A DNA stretch of 55,739 nucleotides, the filler included, from Basidioascus undulatus (lineage: Eukaryota), in the NCBI GenBank assembly GCA_000826855.1. It is 3 parts of 3 records of this genome, joined end to end, with 100 filler letters (N's around TTAATTAATTAA, not from the genome) between each part and the next. Parts side by side here need not be neighbours in the genome. Positions count along the whole stretch, not along the records: positions 37,259 to 55,739 come from JTLS01000461.1; 2 more parts are not named here. One strand, 5' to 3'. The translations under genes and the position numbers were made by a program. How positions within the stretch are numbered: position 1 is the stretch's first letter; the number at the start of each line of letters is the position of its first letter. Below are positions 48,706-55,739 of this stretch, one piece after another. The notes under the pieces are model-generated. The model was not told the DNA's origin. It was given only the letters and a program-made list of their open reading frames with translations, and ran no database searches.

Positions 48706-51471
48706 TCAGACCTTGGAGCCAATGTGGATCACAACGGCGTCGCGCGACGGAATAGTGGCGGAGAAAGTACCGCCCGTGTTGACCACGATACTGCAAGACC
48801 AAAATTTTGTCAGTCCTCTCAACACATTGGGATGGGTACGTATTGAACAGGCTCACCGCGAACCGGTGCAAGCTCCGTTAGATGTGCCGGAGATAACCTC
48901 GCAGTAGGTCCCCGCCGGCAAGCTGGTGGTGAAAGTACCGGTCCACGCCTCGTTCTGGTTGTTTATCGCGACGAAGCCAGCGGATCCCCGTCCGTAAGCA
49001 ATGCGTTGAAGCGTCGGCGCGACCCAGTTCGTGACGGCGGCGGTGCCGACGGTGTTGCGGAAACCGACCATCCCCGAGATTGCCAGCCAGCGGTGCTGGC
49101 ACAACCTGTAGAAGTGGAATGTTTAGACTCGTACGAATGAGAAGATAGGTGAGAGACTTGCCAACCGCCAGAACCGCCGTTGCCAGAGCAGGAGCCACCT
49201 GCGCCGTTGGGTGCTCCGGCATCCGTAGACGAGAACGAGTAAGACGAAAGGACAGTAGGCGTCCCGTAGGGCCAGGACCTACAATGCAAGGCAAGGTGCA
49301 ATCCGTGAGAACCTGAAGGGCAAAGGGTTCTAGGCGCTCGACTCACAGGCTGAAAACGTGCGCAAGAACGTATGCATTGTTGGGCGAGTTGTAGTTAAGG
49401 GACGCCCCGTTCTGATCAAAATGCATAGTTAGATATTCAGATAAGGAATGAGACTTCGTAAGTACACGTACACGCTCCTACAAGCACATGAAGAAAATTC
49501 AGCGCACATTGGGTAGAAAAAAAGGTATGAGCACTCAACGGTATCATGGTTAGCGACGAAGACGTTTGCCGCATTCGAAGGAACGTACCCTGCATGTCCG
49601 GTGGTCAGCATGGCATCATCGGCACCTTCTGGAAGAAGTCGCTCACCCCAGCTTTCACCGAAGTTCTGCAGGTATTGAATACCGTCGGACGTGAACATGC
49701 GCTTGAGGTCGTACGTGTATCGGAACTCTTGGACATCGCCTGCGTATGTGCACGGCTTTAACAAGCGGCATGAGGAGGCCAAATCCTGTCGCATTGAACT
49801 CACCGTTCGCCGTATACTCCGAGGGCTGAACTGCCTCTCCCGCACCGTAAATGACCTGAGGGATACCTTTTGAGGCTGCGGACATCTGATGGTGTACATT
49901 AGAGGGACGGGCACCAGCCTACCTCCTGGGTGATGTATGGGGATCCAGACAGACGGCTGTAATAGGGAAGGATGTATAAGCTGAGTACGGAAGATCTGCC
50001 AGGATGCAAAACGCGACGGACGAAATAATGTTGGAGATATCGCCCGTCGCGATGTGCTTCGCCGCGTCCAGGCGCAGACCGTCAACGCCCAGGGAGAGAA
50101 GGCTAGAAGGCAGAAAAAATCAGTCCTGAGTTCTTCACGAACAACTGCGGATCGTTCACTCGTTGCCATAATGTGCGAGTCGACCGCGCACATAGTCCGA
50201 GCCGGTGTTCTGACCGGAACGGCGATAAGCATGCTCTCAACAACGAGAGAAGAGGAAAGAGTCTCTCACAAGGTCCGCCAGGTTTACGAGCTCGCACTTC
50301 GTACAAGGACGAACTCGTGTCAGCCCGAGCAGTTCATGGTCAACAAGAAGCACGCACACTTTGGACCTGCGCCCGGCTAGCGTAGTTCTCAATGTCGTCG
50401 CCCGAAGTAAGGCCTGTGCTTCAGAGTGAGCGTTGCTTCTTTTCACTCACTCAATCATCAAGGATATGGGGCGAACCGCAGTGATGGAAGTCCTGATCCT
50501 GGTAAATCCCCGGGTAGTTGAAGTGCGTAAAGGCGCTGGCCACTACGCCGGTACCGCTGTCCAAGCCAGCCATGTCTAGTTCGAACAAAGCTTAATCGTA
50601 AACGATCAAACAGTAGAAAGGACATGTTTTCAAGACGCGTACGGTTCCAAATCGTGTCGGCAATGACCTTCACGCCCGCCCTGTGACAAGTCTGGATCAT
50701 GTTCGCGAACTGGCTGCGGTTCCCCCGCTTGCTGGTGAGGATGTACGAGACCTATAAGAAAATTTTGAGCGCTTTCTCATGGAAGGGCAGAGGTTTAGTA
50801 ATGCAAGCAGCTTACGGGTTGATAGTCGGTCCACCATTGCGAGCTGAGAAGGCGATGTCAGCCAGCTTCACTACATTTGAGAAGATGGAGGGGCGACGGA
50901 ATGTACCCCTGAACGAAAGAAGATGGTCAGAATATACGGTAATGGGGAAATCAGCCCAGCTTTTGCGTACCTGGATGTGTTCCTGAGGAGGTGACACTGC
51001 GAGATGGTAGAAGGTCAGTCAACGTCTATCTCAGCCCGGCGCAGGACTTCGAGCGCCTGGAAATCGCCGTTGTGGTACCTTGGACGTATCCGTAGCCTGT
51101 TATCGTTGTTAAAGAGCTTCAATATAGCTCGTATAATCTGATGTAGAAGGAACATCGTACCAGCCGGTCCCAAGAACGCCGTGCACTCAGCCGCGACGGC
51201 GTCCCACGACCTGGACGCACTTATCAGTCCACTTGCCTTGCCAGACATACCCGACACATGCACAGAAAGTGTACCATTCGAAGGCTTGGACAATCACCCC
51301 TGTTGTCCATCAAGTTTAAGCGGGGTCGGCGGGCAAGCGAGACGCAGTAAGCGAGAGCAACGCACCCTTGCTCGAGGGGGGAGCCCGCTTGCAACGGAGA
51401 AGAGGCGAAGCCGCTGCCAGGCCGGCCAGAACCAAGGGTGCAAATGAAGACAACTGGGAGAAGTAACGCAT
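48706..51471 (-). CDS. Secreted GH13 alpha-amylase (GH13_32-like), no CBM20 seen
   Basis: Signal peptide; VIVQAFEWSWDAVAAEC..FLGPAGYGYVQVSPPQEHI; WWTDYQPVSY; DYVRGRLAHYGND; LGVDGLRLDAAKHI; ITQEV; FVANHDT; CQHRW; IAYGRGSAGFVAIN; LPAGTYC; ending HIGSKV*. Confidence 0.93.
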
Positions 51472-52839
51472 GGTGCTGATGGGGTATGCGCTATGTGTCC
51501 GTGGTAGAAGGAAGAAGACGAAAAAAGGGGGAGCGACGCCGGCGCCGGTGAGGTTGAATAAATACGTCCAGGCGAGGAGACTGAAATAAGAAAACAATGC
51601 ACAAGCTCGTGGCCTGCTACGAGAATGCGATGGGGGGAAGTGGGAAGCGGCAAGAGAGGGCGGAGCGGAGACAGCGGAGAGGATGAAGACGGGAGGAAGG
51701 ACAAGCAGTGCACGATGATCGCTTGGCTGGTTAGGCTTCAACTTTGGCACCCACACTGCTTCGCATTTCATCTTGCTTCCCCGGCGGTACCAGCAGATAA
51801 ATATGGATGTATAAAGATTCACTGAAGCGATAATCCAATGTCCACGAGTGGTCGCCGCCAGCAAGTTGCTGTAGATGAGTTTACGAACTACTCGAAGAAT
51901 ATTACAACAAGATCCTAATAAAGAAGGGGCCAGCACTATGAACGCGTAAAGCTGCTTCATATGGTGGGCATCAGATGTTCACATGTTCAGGAAAGGGTCG
52001 CTGATCTTGAAGCTTGAGGAGCGGAAAGGCAAGCATATGCATTGAGATTGAGGAAGGGGTTGTGCCGTATGCACGGACAGGAAAATCCAGTCTATCGTCT
52101 GGTGCGCATGCAGTATATTTTGACCATCACACCAGAGCGCCGAAAAGTCGTTGTTCTTGAAGGCGCAGACGTGTCACGAGGCACGGGAGATATCCATACC
52201 CACGATATGGGTGCCTCATGACCTTTTCAGGGAAACAGGGCAGCCTGTGAGCAAGGCCTGGCATTGCCTACCTGGAACTATTAGGGTTAAGATTTACCAT
52301 GAGAACCAGGAAGCCAACCCGAGCTTCTGAGAGCAAGTTCGGTACCAAAGCGAATGTGCAAATGGCGCAATGCACGCGGAGTTGTGCAACAGATACACAC
52401 GTACATCCCATTATTTTGGTGTACAGTACTTAGTGGTCCCACGTTGCTTGATAGTACAGCAAATGTAATCTACCAGAAGGGTTCGCCAGGAAGCATAGGA
52501 CTCGGGAGTCGGGCAGTGGCCTATCACAAACCAGAGCCTGTGCGTTTCTGGCCCAAAAACGGGCTTCAAACCGAACACCTTCACCTAACACCTTCACCTA
52601 ACAATGCCCTAACTCGGAATTCAATAGGACTATACTTTACCCCTCAAACTTTCCAAGTCTCCCAAGTCTCGCCGGCTGACATTCCCCTGCCGCCCCGTCC
52701 ATCTGCTGCGGGGTGCAGATCAGGGTGGGGTGGTCCTCGTGTGGTCCGGGTGCCAGATCGCCTCTTTGATATTTTTACTTTCAAAACTCATTTGGCTGAG
52801 GCGTGCGACCCCTTGCAGAAGACCAATTGCGTTGCTTCG

Positions 52840-54200
52840 ATGGCTACGTTAGCGCAGGCCCCTTTCAAGCGCCCTTCCTTGTCTTCTCCCCTCATCTCTC
52901 GGTCCAACTCGACTCGACGCCATGGAGCGCCTTCTGATGAGGTCGTGTACCGGATACTGGAACTCGCTACAGCGGGAGAGCGGTTGGACTGGCTCAGGCA
53001 ATGAGGGTACGCCGGTGCCCATGCGGAGGACGCTTCCTTTTGTGTGTTGACGGCTGAACGTGAGTACGACAAAAAAATTCCCCTTCACATCTCCGAAACT
53101 CCATACGCTGACCACCCACATATCAGGCCCTGTCCACCCCCTACCTCTACCGCGACGTCCTAGTCACTTCCGAGCACCTCCCGTCCTTCACCTCCTTCGC
53201 GGCGCGGCACGCCCGGACAGGGCGCCCCCTCCGCATCGAGTCCCTCGAGATCTCGATCGAGGCATACCCGGCCTTCCCGCGCGTGCATGACCTCAACTTC
53301 AAGCTCCTCGCGCCCCTGCAGCTCCTCGAGGGCCTGGAAACCCTATTTGTCCGCGCGCTATGACGACCACCCCCCACTTCGTCGCGGCCCTGCCGCTCGT
53401 GCCCGCCCGGGCACACCTGCGCGACCTCCAAATGACCATGAAGGTGTCCGCGCACCGAGTCTTTCCATGCCTTGGGAGGCTGTGAACCCTCGAGCGATTA
53501 TGGCTCGACTTGCATGCCTCGGGGGAGACTGGCCCTCACGTCAGCGGGCTGGACCTCCCCCGTCTTCGCGCGCTCACGCTGGCGTCGTTCCTGGGCGCGT
53601 TTGACCCAGCGCAGCACGCCGCGCCCATCCATCCTCCGCGACCTCACGCTCCGCCTCGGGCACTTCCCACCCGATATCCTCCGCGCCGCCCTCGCTTCCA
53701 CAGGCGCACACCTCACGTGCCTCGGCCTCTCCGCCACATCCTTCAGGCACTCCAACTTCACCAGCCCCACGATGGTGGACTTCCTCCACCTCACCTGCCC
53801 ACGTCTAACGACCTACGCGCCCCACGCGTGCGCACCCGTTACGCCCCTCGCGCACCCCACCATCGAAACTATCGAGCTCTCGCACATGTTCGCGCTGCAT
53901 GAACCGGCAGTCTTCACCGACGAGCACTTCGACGGACTGTGGGTGTTCTTTGGACGGCTGGGAAGGGACAGGCTCTGGCGCTTCAGAGGGTTGTGTGCGT
54001 GTGCGCGCCTTGGAAGGAGCTGGAGGGAGAGAAGGCGGAGCGGGTCGCGCGGGGGCGGATGGAGAGGCTGCGGGACCTGTTGAGGGATGAGCCGCTGGGA
54101 GTCGTGCGGGACCTGTTGAGGGATGAGCCGCTGGGAGTCGAGCTGGTCGACCGGGATGGGCGCCGCTGTGATGGGCTTGGCATCCCAGATGCAGTCGCAG
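52840..54200 (+). pseudogene. Degenerate F-box-like/LRR gene
   Basis: PSDEVVYRILELA followed by an in-frame TGA at 53002-53004. LRR-like pieces (LDLPRLRALTL, LRDLTLRL, CPRLTTY, HPTIETIEL, VELVDRDG) are spread over several frames. Confidence 0.5.
54069..54140 (+). repeat. Exact 36-nt tandem duplication
   Basis: TGCGGGACCTGTTGAGGGATGAGCCGCTGGGAGTCG x2. Confidence 0.9.
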
Positions 54201-55739
54201 GCCTTGCTGATCCGTCTGCCGGCGCAGTGTGGCTATCGTGCCCGCGCAGGAACATCCCTGCGGTGCCTGGTCTTTGGTGTACCGGTGTATCCTCTTTGGT
54301 GTACTGGATAGGGCTGGAAACACCGCCAAAACACCGCAGACTACTGTGGCTGCGAGTTGCCGCGGTTTACCCCCAACCTTTCCACAACAGACTGACGGTA
54401 AACGGTTCGGTGAGGTTCCCGGATGAAACAATGACTGCGTTCCTTTTTCTTAGCATGAGTTACCGTGGGCCGACTCTCGTCGCGAGTTTCTGCCTGCTGG
54501 ACCGTAGCACATACAGAGGCAACCTTTTCCCAGTGCCTACGCCTAGTGCCCGAGAGACGACAGGCCGAAGAATTCGGGTCTCCTCCAACTTAAAAGCCTA
54601 ACATTGTTTTGTGTATTATTTGCAGTCGGCGTAACCTGCCCTCACTTCAAGCTTCGAGCGTCATTCGCAGAGTTACAAATCCGAAGAAGTCGAGCGTCCG
54701 TACGCCATGGACGTTCGTGGACAGCATCTGGCCGGATATTCTGGATCGGGTGCCCATGACTTTATATATTCTTGAATTCATTCCAAAATGATTGTGTTCA
54801 AATCCAGGAGGAAGCGGCGGATCAATAGTAATTCTTCTGTTGGCGGTGACACGACTGCTTTGAACTGTGGCCGGTCTACGGATGTGAGAAAAATGGTACC
54901 TTGGTACCCCGCCGCCATGCACTGTAGGAATGTTTGTTTCTTAGCCACATGAATAGCGAAAGTGTGTGTTTGAAAGCCGAAGTCGGTGGGAAGGGAGATG
55001 CAAGCAGCTCGCGTGTAGATCTTGAAAGGTCACGATTAACTGCTGCCTTTCTTCCTTTTATCTCTTGTTTTACATCTTTATTATTCTATGGAGTCAATAT
55101 TATATTGTGCGCAACCCTTTGCAATGCTTTTACATGTAACGACGGCCCACAGTCCCGTGGACTTTCCGCGGAAAGCCACACCCATCTCTCGCCTCTCGCC
55201 GCCGAGCCCCTTCCCCCGCATCTGGAACCCAGCCCGCCAGCCGCACCGGCTCGTTGAAAGGCACTGCACGCAGTCGGCAGTCCCTGCAGCAGGTGCGCAC
55301 CAGTTCCAGTCCTCCTCGCGCTCCATTCCGCGCGCATAATGAACCCCTGACGCCTTCTTTCAGTCGCGCACGACCTATCGAATACGCCGCCCCTCCACCG
55401 CCGACGAGCTCGGAGCGGACCCGGTCGCTCGCTCGCACTGTGTGGGTTCTGTGCGTTTCTTTGGGTGTTTTTTCTGGGTGTATGGGGTAAGGGCGGGATT
55501 ATTCCGCCGGGGGAATGGGAGGAGGGTGCTGGTGGTGGACCGGGAGCGAGGAGCCACGTGCGAGCGAGCCTATCCGGCACCGCCCTTGGTGTGGACGCGC
55601 CAAGGGAACGCGTACGGGACGCGTCGAGGGCGCTCCTCCCGGTCCTCCAGACGAGGGAAGGCGGGGGCCAGAGAGCGAGCCTGTCCCTGTGGGTTTCGTT
55701 ACGGCGGGCGGTCGCCGCGTCGCGCTTCATATCGAGCTC

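Noticed and set aside
52281..52289. TAACCCTAA on the minus strand as a telomerase RNA template
   Set aside because: A 9-mer can occur by chance in 55 kb on two strands, and no supporting pseudoknot or CR4/5 was recognised
1..55739. CRISPR arrays, rRNA genes and prokaryotic operons
   Set aside because: No regularly spaced repeats or rRNA-length homology; the sequence is eukaryotic with spliceosomal introns, and the short rRNA-matching words are snoRNA guides

Overview
Intron-rich fungal (basidiomycete-type) nuclear DNA with 45-70 nt introns, micro-exons and GC-rich codon third positions. It contains two 100-nt N gaps, each with an artificial TTAATTAATTAA linker, so adjacency across 18534-18633 and 37159-37258 is unproven. 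Most entries in the ORF track are shadow frames, so genes were rebuilt by hand from exons. Recognisable genes: GPI1, a ThiF/TCD tRNA dehydratase, a PEP2/SnoaL-like protein, ADA3/NGG1 (partial), RPL28 (uL15), an RRM protein, an ACS-family MFS transporter, PWP2, an SH3 protein (partial), an agmatinase-family ureohydrolase, an AGP2-like amino-acid permease and a GH13 alpha-amylase. There are also decayed F-box-like, NYN and BCS1-like remnants. The most interesting signals are absent from the ORF track: (1) a 132-aa secreted precursor whose basic cleavage sites coincide with phase-0 introns, giving one peptide module per exon; (2) a cluster of intron-encoded box C/D snoRNAs in a host transcript divergent from RPL28; (3) a ureohydrolase with signal peptide and C-terminal HDEL, head-to-head with a permease; (4) an orphan snRNA-like element with a terminal stem and an Sm site. 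All family assignments come from motif recognition, not database searches.
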